Assembly: GCA_043720595.1 (NCBI GenBank)
Contig: JAYSSK010000057.1
Location: 65,381 to 129,380 of the forward strand
Direction: 5' to 3'
DNA from: Acidimicrobiia bacterium
GTDB lineage: Bacteria > Actinomycetota > Acidimicrobiia > Acidimicrobiales > JANYDT01
Length of the DNA: 64,000 nucleotides
Shown: piece by piece, positions 1-9,670 of the stretch
Numbering within the stretch: position 1 is the first letter of the stretch
How the letters are laid out: each line of letters opens with the position of its first letter
The notes under the pieces: model-generated
What the model saw: the letters and a program-made list of their open reading frames with translations, nothing else
The model's database searches: none
Told to the model about the DNA's origin: nothing
Program-made: the position numbers and the translations under genes

Positions 1-71
1 CGGAACCGGTGTGATGGAAGGACTCCGGTTGCAGTGGTCAAGCCCTCTGCGGAATATGCCGATTAATAGGC

Positions 72-695
72 ATGAAACGAGGACGTGCTGGCAGGGGAAC
101 CCGGATCATGGTTGCCCTAGTTGGGGTGGCGCTCGCCGCCGTAGCGTTGGCCACCCACCTTGTATCGGATCGTCATGATGGCAGAAGCCAAGCGCAGCGC
201 GACTACGAAGCCATCTCGCACAACTCCGAACCCCCCTGCATCCCGGATCCCGAATACGGCAACCCGATGTGCGGCGCACCGAATTCGACGAAGGCGGATT
301 TGTCCGTCACCGCCACCGCGAGCCGAACCGGAACCAACATCACCATCAGAGCAATCGTCCACAACCACCAGTGGGCCAACGCCACAGCATCCGGCTTCAG
401 CTTGGGAGTGGAACGCCATCCGTACCCCAAACCGTACCTCGTCGCGCGTGACGCGAAACTGGACTCAGGTCTGTCATCCGAACGGTCACACGCCGAATGC
501 CTGTATGGCGGATGCAAGTTCTTAATCCCAGTCGCGCCTGGCACCGAGATCGGCTTCGAAATGACGGTGCACGGCACTGATACCAAAGAACTGAAGCTCT
601 ACCTTTCCACCCTCGACACCAATGGCGGCAGTTACCTTGAATTGCACGAAGAAGACAACAGGATTGTCATCCCGGTCGAAGACGAACCCTCGTAG
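72..695 (+). CDS. hypothetical membrane-anchored or secreted protein
   Basis: 207-aa ORF with a basic N-terminus followed by a hydrophobic helix (IMVALVGVALAAVALA). No family recognised by eye. Confidence 0.45.
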   Translation: MKRGRAGRGTRIMVALVGVALAAVALATHLVSDRHDGRSQAQRDYEAISHNSEPPCIPDPEYGNPMCGAPNSTKADLSVTATASRTGTNITIRAIVHNHQWANATASGFSLGVERHPYPKPYLVARDAKLDSGLSSERSHAECLYGGCKFLIPVAPGTEIGFEMTVHGTDTKELKLYLSTLDTNGGSYLELHEEDNRIVIPVEDEPS

Positions 696-906
696 ATTCC
701 CCGACAGTCGAAACATCCTCAGCCAGTGAGGGCGCTGCAAACGCGCGTTGAACGTCAACGACCAGCGGGCCGTTGCCAAAGAGGAACCACCAACGTGTAG
801 AGACTGGCTCTCGCATAGAGAGTGCGTCACTATGTCGCACTAGGGCTACGAACTTTGTGGCTTTATTGCCGACCTCGCCCTGCAACAAAGCCAAGAGGCC
901 TGATTG

Positions 907-1596
907 TCAGCCCGCACGGGTTGTGAGGGTGGCGAAACGCATTTGGTGGCCGAGGAAGGCGAGCTCGACAGTCGCAGTGGGGCCGGCACGATGCTTCGCG
1001 ATGCTGAGCTCAGCACGACCCTTCGACGGCGAATCATCCGGGTGGTAATAGTCATCGCGATACAGGAACATGACCACATCAGCCGCCTGCTCAATTTCAC
1101 CTGACTCACGCAAATCCGACAGCAACGGCCGTTTGTCCTGACGGGACTCCACCCCACGTGACAACTGCGCCACCGCCACCACCGGAACATCAAGCTCACG
1201 TGCCAACTGCTTTAACCCGCGAGCAACCTCCGCAATCTCTATCTGCCGATTCTCCTGACGACGACCCGTCATCAACTGCAAATAGTCAACGACGACCACG
1301 CCGAGCTTCTTCACCTTCTGCTGCAGCCGTCGCGCCTCACCTTTCGAGCTTCCCGGTCCGGAACCGGTCATACGGAATCTGCGTCAACGCAGACAACAAA
1401 CGCTTGTTCAGCTCCTCAGCGTCGGCACCCCGGACATCTGACCGGGGTGCTTATAGAGCGCTTCAATCGAATCAAGAGTCGCTGACAGCGACTGGCCAAC
1501 ATGCAGGGTCGCAGTTGTGGTGCGCTGATGCGTTGCCGCGTACAGCGCCTGCTCGGCACGGTCACGCACCGAATCAACCTCCGCGGTCAAAACCAT
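907..1596 (-). pseudogene. DnaB-type replicative helicase remnant (internal deletion, in-frame stops, 5' truncated)
   Basis: The 154-aa ORF 907-1371 carries the DnaB C-terminal motifs (VVVDYLQLM, VPVVAVAQLSRGVESRQDKRPLLSDLRESGEIEQAADVV, AKHRAGPT). The 62-aa ORF 1408-1596 is in the same frame and matches the linker (..ALYKHPGQMSGVPT). My translation of 1372-1410 gives two in-frame TGA codons. The Walker A region and the N-terminal domain are absent. Confidence 0.6.
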
Positions 1597-1684
1597 GCCG
1601 AGGCTGATGATGTCGTGGCCGGCGGCGACCAGTCGGCATTCTACCTGCGATGCGGGTCGTTCCCGATGCCTCTGTTTGGTCGCC

Positions 1685-2734
1685 TTAGCGCAGAGTGGCG
1701 TGGGGGTGGCTCTCGGTCAGGCCGGCGTTGGTGATGCGGATGAACTCGGCGTTGGCCTGAAACTCTTCGATAGTGGTGGCGTTGACGTAACTCATCGACG
1801 ATCGCACGCCGGCCATCAACTTGTTCACCAACTGCACGACGCTGCCCTTGTATGGCACAGTGCCTTCGACACCTTCCGGCGCACGCTGCTCGAGGTACTC
1901 CTCGTCAAGTTCGGTACCTTGGCGTTGTGCTCGACGCTCCAAAGCCTCGAACGAAGCCATCCCGCGGACACGCTTTACCAACCCGTGAGGTGACTGCTCC
2001 ACCTCACCGGGGCTTTCCTTGGTGCCTGCGAACATCGAACCGATCATCACACTGTTGGCTCCGGCGGCGAGTGCCTTCGCGATATCGCCCGAAGTGCGGA
2101 TGCCGCCGTCGCCGATGATGGGAACATCGAGGCCAGCGCAATCGTTGATTGCGGTGAGCTGGGGAACGCCGACTCCAGCGACGATGCGTGTCGTGCAGAC
2201 ACCGCCCGGGCCAACGCCGACCTTGATGCCGTCGGCGCCGGCGCGGATGAGATCCTCGGCGCCCGCCCGGGTTGCAACATTGCCGGCAATGACGTCGGTG
2301 CTGGGGAACTCCTTCTTCAGCAACTGCACGGTGTCGATCGCGTGGTCGGAGTGGCCGTGTGCGATGTCGAGCACCAGTACGTCGACCCCGGCTTCGATCG
2401 AGGCCCTGGCTCGATTGACCGCATCGTGATCGGTTCCAACCGCCGCACCCACGAGCAGCCCTTCTCCCTTGACCTTGCGGATCTGGGCTGCCTGTTGCTC
2501 GACGGTGAAAAAACGGTGAATCATGCCGATGCCACCAAGGCGACCGATCGCGATGGCCATCTCCCATTCGCACACGGTGTCCATGTTGGCCGCCGTGACC
2601 GGGATGTCGATGCTCACGTTGCGGGTGAGCTGGGTCCGCATGGAAACGGAGCCCCGGCTGCGAATGGCAGAGCGAGCTGGAACGATGAGAACGTCGTCGA
2701 ACGTGAGGCCGATGCGGACGGTATCGAGGTTCAT
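1685..2734 (-). CDS. IMP dehydrogenase/GMP reductase family protein without CBS insert (GuaC-like)
   Basis: Motifs [33 protein letters not shown] (catalytic Cys loop) and [20 protein letters not shown]. The 349-aa length matches the CBS-less form. Confidence 0.88.
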   Translation of the reverse strand: MNLDTVRIGLTFDDVLIVPARSAIRSRGSVSMRTQLTRNVSIDIPVTAANMDTVCEWEMAIAIGRLGGIGMIHRFFTVEQQAAQIRKVKGEGLLVGAAVGTDHDAVNRARASIEAGVDVLVLDIAHGHSDHAIDTVQLLKKEFPSTDVIAGNVATRAGAEDLIRAGADGIKVGVGPGGVCTTRIVAGVGVPQLTAINDCAGLDVPIIGDGGIRTSGDIAKALAAGANSVMIGSMFAGTKESPGEVEQSPHGLVKRVRGMASFEALERRAQRQGTELDEEYLEQRAPEGVEGTVPYKGSVVQLVNKLMAGVRSSMSYVNATTIEEFQANAEFIRITNAGLTESHPHATLR

Positions 2735-2827
2735 CTTCGGGACTCCACTGTGCCGCTGTTGGCACCGGGTGGGTCCCGGCTGAACGGCCGGTGAAGCATC
2801 CTAGAACACCCGTGAGAAACTGCAGCC

Positions 2828-3445
2828 GTGAGCTTCTTCGACCGGAATCGCAAGGACCTCGAGGCCAGGGGCATTGATCCCGCGCGCCTCCCGCCGGGGC
2901 AGTACTTCACGGACAGGTTTCCCGTGCTGCATGTGGGCGACGTGCCCGACTACGGCGACCTGTCTGACTGGAACCTGGTCGTGGGGGGTGCGGTAGCCAA
3001 CAAGCTCACGCTTTCGTGGGCCGACGTGCTTGCCCGCCCGGCGATCAACATCACCACCGATATCCACTGCGTCACCAAGTGGTCCAAGTTCGACACCCTG
3101 TGGACCGGGTGCTCGTTGGCTGACCTCATCACCGAGGCCGGCCCGTCGCCGGAGGCAACGCACGTCATGTTCCACTGCGAGTTCGGTTACACCACCAACC
3201 TGCCGCTCGAAGATGTGATGGCACCGCGCGTCGCTCTGCTCGCATACAACTTTGACGGCGAACCGCTGGAAGGCGAGCATGGGTTCCCGCTCCGCACGCT
3301 GGTTCCTCACCTGTACCTGTGGAAGTCCGCGAAGTGGGTTCGGGGCATCGAACTGCTCACGCAAGACAAGGCTGGGTTCTGGGAACGAAACGGATACCAC
3401 ATGTACGGCGACCCGTTCCTGGAGCAGCGTCACTGGGGTGACTGA
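2828..3445 (+). CDS. sulfite-oxidase-like molybdopterin-binding oxidoreductase domain protein
   Basis: Motifs DIHCVTKWSKFDTLWTG, FDGEPLEGEHGFPLRTLVPHLYLWKSAKWVRGIEL and GFWERNGYH are typical of the oxidoreductase molybdopterin-binding family. Confidence 0.85.
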   Translation: MSFFDRNRKDLEARGIDPARLPPGQYFTDRFPVLHVGDVPDYGDLSDWNLVVGGAVANKLTLSWADVLARPAINITTDIHCVTKWSKFDTLWTGCSLADLITEAGPSPEATHVMFHCEFGYTTNLPLEDVMAPRVALLAYNFDGEPLEGEHGFPLRTLVPHLYLWKSAKWVRGIELLTQDKAGFWERNGYHMYGDPFLEQRHWGD

Positions 3446-3446
3446 G

Positions 3447-4757
3447 GTGCCGGTGCAACCTGTTTCCGGGGTGGCTGCCGATCCTCGACCGGCCGAATCC
3501 TTATCGCCGACTACGTCGGAGTCGCTGCGATCGGCTGCCACCTGGCGAACGAGAGCGGTTGAACTCGACTCCAAAGACTCCTTTGCCAGCCAGGGACGTT
3601 TCGTCGCGGGCATTCGCGATGTCGCCAGCTGGCCCAACAGTCGTCTGCGCGCAGTCATTGGCAGCGTTGCGGCCGTTGTCGTGGCCACCGGTGCAGCACA
3701 GGGTGTCGCGAAGCAGTCGTCGGCAGTGTTCCGCTACGGGTTGTCGACGGCCAACACGCTCGCAGTCATGGTGTTCGCCATGGTCGCATTGGGCCGGTGG
3801 GTTCGGGTGTCCGCGTCGACCATGCGTCGAGTTGGGTTCGTCAGCGCTGCACTACTCGGCTTCATCATCCTCACCGGCGCAGCGGTACGGCTCACCGGTA
3901 GCGGGCTGGGATGTGTGGATTGGCCGACGTGCAACAACGGGAGCGTCACTCCCGAGCTGTCTGATGCGCACGGCCTCATTGAGTTCGGTAATCGGGTTGT
4001 CACGGGACTGTGTGTCCTCGCCGCGGGTGTCGGTGTGCTGGCAACGCTGGTGCGAGTTCCTTACCGTCGTGACCTGGTGCGGCCTGCCGTGGTTGTGGTT
4101 GCCGCAATCATGGGCAACGCGGTGTTGGGTGGGCTAATGGTCAAGAAGGCGTTGCCGCCCACGTGGGTGCTGTCGCATTTTCTTCTGGCTATTGCTGCAC
4201 TTGCCGCCGGATTGGTGCTGCTCCACCGCAGCGGCGAAGGCGCTCCGACCCCCGATCTGTGGGGCCGCTCCCGCCACCGCGCCTTCGGTGTTTTCGAACA
4301 GTGGCTGGGGCGTGGGCTGACAGCTTTCGCGTTGTTGACGTTGTTTCTGGGAACCATCGTTACCGGGTCCGGGCCTCATGCGGGCGACGAAGCAGCCGAG
4401 CGGCTGGGTTTCGCAATGGACTCGGTTGCCATGCTCCATTCGCTGGCAGCGTGGGCAGCGCTGGCCTGCGCAGCGGTACTTGCCTGGCGGACATGGAAGG
4501 TGCCGCACATCGCCCAATCTTCAGCCGGCGCGGCGTTGCAACCGCGTGTCCAAGTAATGCTTGCGGTCATTGTCGTGCAGGGTTCTGTTGGCTACCTGCA
4601 ATGGTTCAATCAGGTACCGGCCGGGCTGGTGTTCGTCCACATCATCGGGGCTGTGGCGTTCTGGATGTCGGTGCTGTGGGTTCGTGCTGCGCTCACCGTT
4701 CCGCCCGCGGTTCCGCCGACTGTCGGGTTCGGCGCACCTCAGACCAGCTACCGTTGA
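3447..4757 (+). CDS. ctaA: heme A synthase (COX15/CtaA family)
   Basis: Motif AVRLTGSGLGCVDWPTC, multiple TM helices, and a second-half repeat with conserved His. ORF-track start 3252 overlaps the upstream gene. A GTG at 3447 lies 2 nt after that gene's stop. ATG alternatives are at 3768, 3777 and 3822. Confidence 0.8.
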   Translation: MPVQPVSGVAADPRPAESLSPTTSESLRSAATWRTRAVELDSKDSFASQGRFVAGIRDVASWPNSRLRAVIGSVAAVVVATGAAQGVAKQSSAVFRYGLSTANTLAVMVFAMVALGRWVRVSASTMRRVGFVSAALLGFIILTGAAVRLTGSGLGCVDWPTCNNGSVTPELSDAHGLIEFGNRVVTGLCVLAAGVGVLATLVRVPYRRDLVRPAVVVVAAIMGNAVLGGLMVKKALPPTWVLSHFLLAIAALAAGLVLLHRSGEGAPTPDLWGRSRHRAFGVFEQWLGRGLTAFALLTLFLGTIVTGSGPHAGDEAAERLGFAMDSVAMLHSLAAWAALACAAVLAWRTWKVPHIAQSSAGAALQPRVQVMLAVIVVQGSVGYLQWFNQVPAGLVFVHIIGAVAFWMSVLWVRAALTVPPAVPPTVGFGAPQTSYR

Positions 4758-4803
4758 CCTTATGCGCAGGCCCCGTCTCGGCCACGGTGAACCTGATCAC
4801 CAA

Positions 4804-5547
4804 ATGAACCGCGTCGCCCCCCAGTGCGGCCGGGCGGATTGTGCACGCCCAGCATCGGCTCGATTGATGCTCGATGTCACCAACCGCATTGTCTCTATCG
4901 ACCTTGCCATCGGCGAGGTTGGTGCAGGCATGTTGTGTTTCTCGCACGCCGAGAAAATCGTGGTGCCACGAGGCTGGACCCTGGTCGATAACCGGTCGGT
5001 CCGTCCGCCGTTGTTCGACGGCGAACGATACGAGGTGCCCTCGTTGCCCGAGGTACTGCCAGCCGTCGAAGTGGCTACTCCTCTGGCAGCTACGAAACGG
5101 CGCGACAAGCAGCGCCGTTCGCCGCTGCCGGGCGCAGACTCCAGGTTCAGCGACACAGGTGACCCCGAAGCACGACCGAGTAACCCGCCCGGTCCCCGGT
5201 CTGCTTGGCAGTCTGACGAAGATCAGTTCGACCTCCGACACGCAGATGTGACCAGCCCCGCCGCAGCGTCGCGCATCGAAGTCGTTGTCGACGTCACCTC
5301 GGCGTACGCCGATGCTGAGCGAACGGACCGTCTCCTACGGGTTGAGCATGTCGGTGCGCTGGACGGTTCAATAGATGTGCGTGAATCGGAACCTGAATCG
5401 GAATCAGCTCATGAGGCTGGGAACTACGACCTTCCGGCCGCCTATCGCGACGGCGTCGCACACGTTGCGCTCGACGAGCCCGACCGCGAGGCCAGCCCGT
5501 TGTTGGCGAGGGCCTTCGACGTCACCCGCACCAAACGCCGCCCGTAA
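4804..5547 (+). CDS. DUF3499-like protein
   Basis: N-terminus MNRVAPQCGRADCARPASARL...CFSHAEKIVVPRGWTLVD matches the actinobacterial DUF3499 pattern (Cys-rich N-terminus, PRGWxLVD). It is followed by an acidic, low-complexity tail. Start taken at ATG 4804 inside ORF 4561-5547. Confidence 0.7.
   Translation: MNRVAPQCGRADCARPASARLMLDVTNRIVSIDLAIGEVGAGMLCFSHAEKIVVPRGWTLVDNRSVRPPLFDGERYEVPSLPEVLPAVEVATPLAATKRRDKQRRSPLPGADSRFSDTGDPEARPSNPPGPRSAWQSDEDQFDLRHADVTSPAAASRIEVVVDVTSAYADAERTDRLLRVEHVGALDGSIDVRESEPESESAHEAGNYDLPAAYRDGVAHVALDEPDREASPLLARAFDVTRTKRRP
5383..5406 (+). repeat. 12-bp in-frame tandem duplication (gaatcggaacct / gaatcggaatca)
   Basis: Read directly from the sequence. It encodes ESEPESES in the DUF3499 tail. 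Confidence 0.8.
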
Positions 5548-5807
5548 GCACACGGCACGTCCGTCCCGGGACGACCATGTCTCGGGGCCCAGTTTGGAAC
5601 CTCTGGGCGTGTCCTGCATGGCTGGGCGTGCTGAGCAGGCTGCTGGAGACGACCAAACCTGCAGGAGACACCCACTCATCGACGCGGCCGATCATTCCGG
5701 AACGAATACATATGTCCGGAAAATGAATCTGCCCGCCGGTCGCAAGACCACCGGGCAGCACTCAGTTGTTTCGGGCCCGAAGCGGGCAAAGCCCAGGGAA
5801 CCAGAAT

Positions 5808-8720
5808 TCAGTCGGTGGCGATGGCGCGGAGGATGTTCATCTTCGCCGCGTCTTTGGCCGGCTTCCGAGCTGCGTAAAGACCCACAAGTGACGCAAGCAG
5901 CATGAGCGCCAAAATGGTGGTCCACGGGATGGTGAGTTTCACGGACTCTTCCTTGCCAAGCACACGCACGAGTGCTGACCCGAATCCGGTGCCGATCACC
6001 ACCCCAAGAAACGTGCCGAACGTTGCAACGACAATTGCTTCCCAGCGGATCATGGACCGGACCTGGTCGCGTCCCTGACCGACAGCCCGAAGCAATCCGA
6101 TCTCCCTGGTCCGTTCGTATATCGACAATCGCAGTGTGTTGGCAATTCCCAGGATGGCAATGATGATGGCCAGACCGAGCAGCGCATTAATGAGTTGAAT
6201 GAACTGGTTCAGTTGGCCGACTTGCTGATCTGCAAACTGCTTCTTCGTCTTCAGTTCAGCCGCTGGGAATGGCTGCAGCACTTTGTCGGCCGCAGCCTGG
6301 AACGCTTGAGAGTTCTTGCCGTCGGTCTTGACGTAGGTGAAGTTCGAGACTTCGCTTGGAGCAAGCCTGTCGCCGGTTGCCCGACCAACCAAGTAATACG
6401 TGTTGCCAAGCCCTTCGGCGTTGTCGTAGATGGCTACGAGTTCGAACGAAGACACCGCCCCGCTGGCAAATTTCACTTCGAGAGTGTCGCCGAGCGAAAG
6501 CGCGTTGTCTGTCGCCGATTTCGTGTCGACCGCGATCGTGTCAGGTTGTGCGAGTTGTGTGATGTCGCCTTGCAGGTCGCCGAGGTCAACCACCGCGCTG
6601 ATCCCAGTTTCATCGACGATGCCGAGCGTGCGTTGTTTGTCCTTGTATTCGATACGACTGAATCGTTGACCCGACGATGCCACGTAGCCAGGCACCGCTT
6701 TGATGCGATCTTCTACTTCCACCGGAAAACCGAAGTCGGTTCCGCTCGCGACCACGAAGTCAGACTTCACGGAGTTTTCAAGGGCGCCCCGAAACGTTCC
6801 GGTGATCGACTGCGACAACACGAAGATTGCGCTCACGACCGCAGTGCCGATGGTCAGCGCAAGAGCTGTTGCCGACGTTCGCGTGGGATTGCGGACCGAG
6901 TTTTCACGTGCGATCTGGCCGGTAACCCCATTCGCCTGGATGCCCGTCACCATCAACGTCCAACCGGCCACTCCAGCAAGCGGAATCGACAGGCCTGCGA
7001 GCACCAAGCCCACGAGTTTCCACCAGGAAAAGTTGTCGGTGACCGCCTTTGCCGCAACGGCCGTAAGCACGACTGCGGCCAGAGTTGCGACGACGCCGAA
7101 CAGCGGTCCGAAAAGAGCAATGACCCAGCCGTACCAGCGTCGACCGAGAATTCCGGTAACCGGTCGTGCAATATACGGCCCGAGAAAAATCGTCGCCACC
7201 AAGAAAAGACCGGCAGCGATACCAACATTTCGAGCGGCCTTCCCGCCACTGCCGGCAAGGCCGACTGCAAGCACAAAACCGCACAGAGCAACGAAGACGG
7301 TGCCGATTGTGGCTCGGAGGCGCGACGTCCCAGCACGGTCGATCGCCGTTGCTTGCAGCGCGGCAAGCGGCTTGATCCGCGACAGCCGAAGGACCGGAAG
7401 CACCGAGGACCACACCGTCACGATGGTTCCGACGAATAAGCCAGCTAGAACGGTTCGAGGGAGCAATTTGAAGCCGCTCGAGGGAAATCCGCTGCCGTCA
7501 CCACCCGAAAAGAAGTTGAGTGCGAAACGGATGAGCCACGCGACGGCGAACCCCGATGCGATCCCGACGATCGAAGCGAGGAGGCCGAGGAAGAATGCTT
7601 CGAGGAGCGTGGCTGCCACCACTTCGCGTCGCCCAGCGCCCAGTGTTCGGAGCATTGCCATCTCTCGATTGCGCTGCGCGATGACGATCGAGAACGAGTT
7701 CGCAATGACGAAAACGCTCACGAACAGAGCGATGACAGCGAACGCGGTGAAGAAGTAGTTGATGAAGTTGAACAGCGTGTTGACGAACGACTGCTGCTCT
7801 GCGTCAAACGCAGCGCCCGTAATGACGTCCAGCTTGGCTCCCGACACGCTGGTGACGGAGGCAGTCGATTCCTTGATGTTGCGGACAAGCTGGCGCTGCG
7901 TCAGCCCGTCATCTCCCCGGACGATGAAGGCCTGCACTTGGCCGGGCTTACCCATCAGCTCTGTACCACGTTCGGGCGTGAAGAAGACAGCAGTTGCCCC
8001 AAGGGCGCTGTCGGAGGTCCCGAACGTTGCGTCGCCCACGACCTTGAACTCGACAACCGGGCCGCTGGTGTTGACCTTGACTGTGTCTCCAACCCTGTAT
8101 CCGGTGGTCTTGATCAGCCCGCGATCAAGCACGATCTCGTTGTCGGCCTTGGGGGCGCGCCCATTGAGGATCTGGTAGGAACTCAGCTCAGGGTCGCCAG
8201 CCCATAGGAACCCGAACGTTGGCGCGCCGCCGGTGCGAACGAGTTTTCCCTTTTTGTTCAATAATTGGGCGTATCCCGTGTAGAGCGGGTCGACAGCGGT
8301 TACCCCTGGCGTGCCCTGAAGCTTTTCGGCCAGATTGATTGCCAACAGCGAGCGTCCGTCATCGTAGGGACCGCCGTCCGGGCCAAGGTCGAAGCCCTGT
8401 TCGGACCGGACCACCGCGTCGACTCCCTTCACCGAAGAAGAAAACAGATCAGTGAACAGGCTTTTTAGGGTGTCGGTGAAAATGAACGAACCGCAAAGGA
8501 ACGACACGCCGAGCACAACGGCGAATCCGCTGGTGAGCAGCCGGCGCTTGTATGACCACAGGTTGCGAAGGGCAACTTTCCGCATTCCTGGTCCAACGGC
8601 AAAGAATGCCCAGAAGATGGCTACGACGGTTGCAATGAAGCTGAGCAGGACAGTTACCGCCAGGGCGACCCCGATCACCGTTGCCCCGATGTCAATCGCT
8701 TTTTCGAGAGTCTTCAACAT
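5808..8720 (-). CDS. ABC transporter permease with two FtsX domains (MacB/YbbP-like)
   Basis: About 970 aa with two blocks of 4 TM helices and large extracytoplasmic loops. FtsX-type motifs are present (REIGLLRAVG, REMAMLRTLG). ATG 8720 lies 10 nt downstream of the ATPase stop. Confidence 0.9.
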   Translation of the reverse strand: MLKTLEKAIDIGATVIGVALAVTVLLSFIATVVAIFWAFFAVGPGMRKVALRNLWSYKRRLLTSGFAVVLGVSFLCGSFIFTDTLKSLFTDLFSSSVKGVDAVVRSEQGFDLGPDGGPYDDGRSLLAINLAEKLQGTPGVTAVDPLYTGYAQLLNKKGKLVRTGGAPTFGFLWAGDPELSSYQILNGRAPKADNEIVLDRGLIKTTGYRVGDTVKVNTSGPVVEFKVVGDATFGTSDSALGATAVFFTPERGTELMGKPGQVQAFIVRGDDGLTQRQLVRNIKESTASVTSVSGAKLDVITGAAFDAEQQSFVNTLFNFINYFFTAFAVIALFVSVFVIANSFSIVIAQRNREMAMLRTLGAGRREVVAATLLEAFFLGLLASIVGIASGFAVAWLIRFALNFFSGGDGSGFPSSGFKLLPRTVLAGLFVGTIVTVWSSVLPVLRLSRIKPLAALQATAIDRAGTSRLRATIGTVFVALCGFVLAVGLAGSGGKAARNVGIAAGLFLVATIFLGPYIARPVTGILGRRWYGWVIALFGPLFGVVATLAAVVLTAVAAKAVTDNFSWWKLVGLVLAGLSIPLAGVAGWTLMVTGIQANGVTGQIARENSVRNPTRTSATALALTIGTAVVSAIFVLSQSITGTFRGALENSVKSDFVVASGTDFGFPVEVEDRIKAVPGYVASSGQRFSRIEYKDKQRTLGIVDETGISAVVDLGDLQGDITQLAQPDTIAVDTKSATDNALSLGDTLEVKFASGAVSSFELVAIYDNAEGLGNTYYLVGRATGDRLAPSEVSNFTYVKTDGKNSQAFQAAADKVLQPFPAAELKTKKQFADQQVGQLNQFIQLINALLGLAIIIAILGIANTLRLSIYERTREIGLLRAVGQGRDQVRSMIRWEAIVVATFGTFLGVVIGTGFGSALVRVLGKEESVKLTIPWTTILALMLLASLVGLYAARKPAKDAAKMNILRAIATD

Positions 8721-8730
8721 GACGCCGACC

Positions 8731-9501
8731 TCAGCGTCCGAAGCGGCGCATGCGCTGAAGGACCCGCTCTTCGTCGGGGTCTCGCATTTCGTCGACGATC
8801 TTGCCGTCGGCAAGGAACAGCACCCGGTTGGCGTACGAGGCCGCGTTGGGGTCGTGGGTGACCATCACGATGGTCTGCCCGAACTCTGCTGTGGCACGCC
8901 TCATGAAGGTGAGGATTTCGTCACCGGTAGCTGAGTCGAGGTTTCCTGTGGGTTCGTCCGCGAAGATGATCTGCGGGCGGCTGGCGAGTGCGCGGGCCAC
9001 GGCAACACGCTGCTGCTGACCACCCGACAGTTCGCTCGGCCGATGGCTGAGCCGGGTGGTGAGCCCGACGGCGTCGACCACGTTGTCGACCCACGCCTGG
9101 TCGGGCGTGGCCTTGGCCAGCGTCATCGGCAGCACAATGTTTTCTTGGGCTGTGAGGGTGGGAATGAGGTTGTACGCCTGGAACACAAACCCGATGTTGT
9201 CCCGACGCAATTTGGTGAGCGCAGCTTCTTTCAGGTCGCCCAGCCTGGTGTCGCCGATGAACACATCGCCGCTGGTGAGCTCGTCGAGCCCTGCAGCACA
9301 GTGCATGAGCGTTGACTTGCCGGAACCGGAGGGGCCCATGATGGCGGTGAATTCACCGCGGGCGAAGTCAACCGAAACGTCGTTGAGCGCGAAGACGGAA
9401 CTTTCGCCGGTGCCGTACTGCTTCACAGCGTTTCGAACCGAGGCGGCAACGGGCGGAAATGCGACCGCGCCGGAGGCCGCAATTGAGACGGGGGTGGTCA
9501 T
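8731..9501 (-). CDS. ABC transporter ATP-binding protein (MacB/LolD-like)
   Basis: Walker A GPSGSGKST, signature LSGGQQQRVAVARAL, Walker B IIFADEPTGNLD and H-loop VTHD. Confidence 0.95.
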   Translation of the reverse strand: MTTPVSIAASGAVAFPPVAASVRNAVKQYGTGESSVFALNDVSVDFARGEFTAIMGPSGSGKSTLMHCAAGLDELTSGDVFIGDTRLGDLKEAALTKLRRDNIGFVFQAYNLIPTLTAQENIVLPMTLAKATPDQAWVDNVVDAVGLTTRLSHRPSELSGGQQQRVAVARALASRPQIIFADEPTGNLDSATGDEILTFMRRATAEFGQTIVMVTHDPNAASYANRVLFLADGKIVDEMRDPDEERVLQRMRRFGR

Positions 9502-9670
9502 CTGGAGATCTTCTCAGGTTCACGTCACTAACTCAGAACGAAGCGGTGGTTGAAACCCTGAGCGCACTCCGGGTTGAGCAGGGGGTTTGCCGGCGATTGG
9601 TGAGATGCCGATCGGGTCGCCAAACTCGTGCAGCGTGAACCGATGAGTAGGCGGGCGCTAGGAGGGCAAC

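Noticed and set aside
696-906. Possible small RNA or tRNA in the lower-GC spacer after the first ORF
   Set aside because: I found no cloverleaf, T-loop consensus (GGTTCGAATCC-type) or terminator. The only structure is a short palindrome (cgttga-acg-tcaacg).
2004-2765. 253-aa Arg/His/Pro-rich ORF on the minus strand
   Set aside because: It is out of frame within the well-supported IMPDH/GMP-reductase gene (1685-2734). Its composition is typical of high-GC shadow ORFs.
3252-3446. N-terminal extension of the heme A synthase ORF
   Set aside because: It lies entirely inside the upstream molybdopterin-oxidoreductase gene in another frame. A GTG right after that gene's stop, or internal ATGs, give a family-typical N-terminus.
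6195-7758. 414-aa and 352-aa plus-strand ORFs
   Set aside because: They are antisense to the FtsX-type permease gene, which has clear TM and FtsX motifs. They have a low-complexity Arg/Ser/Thr-rich composition and are shadow ORFs.
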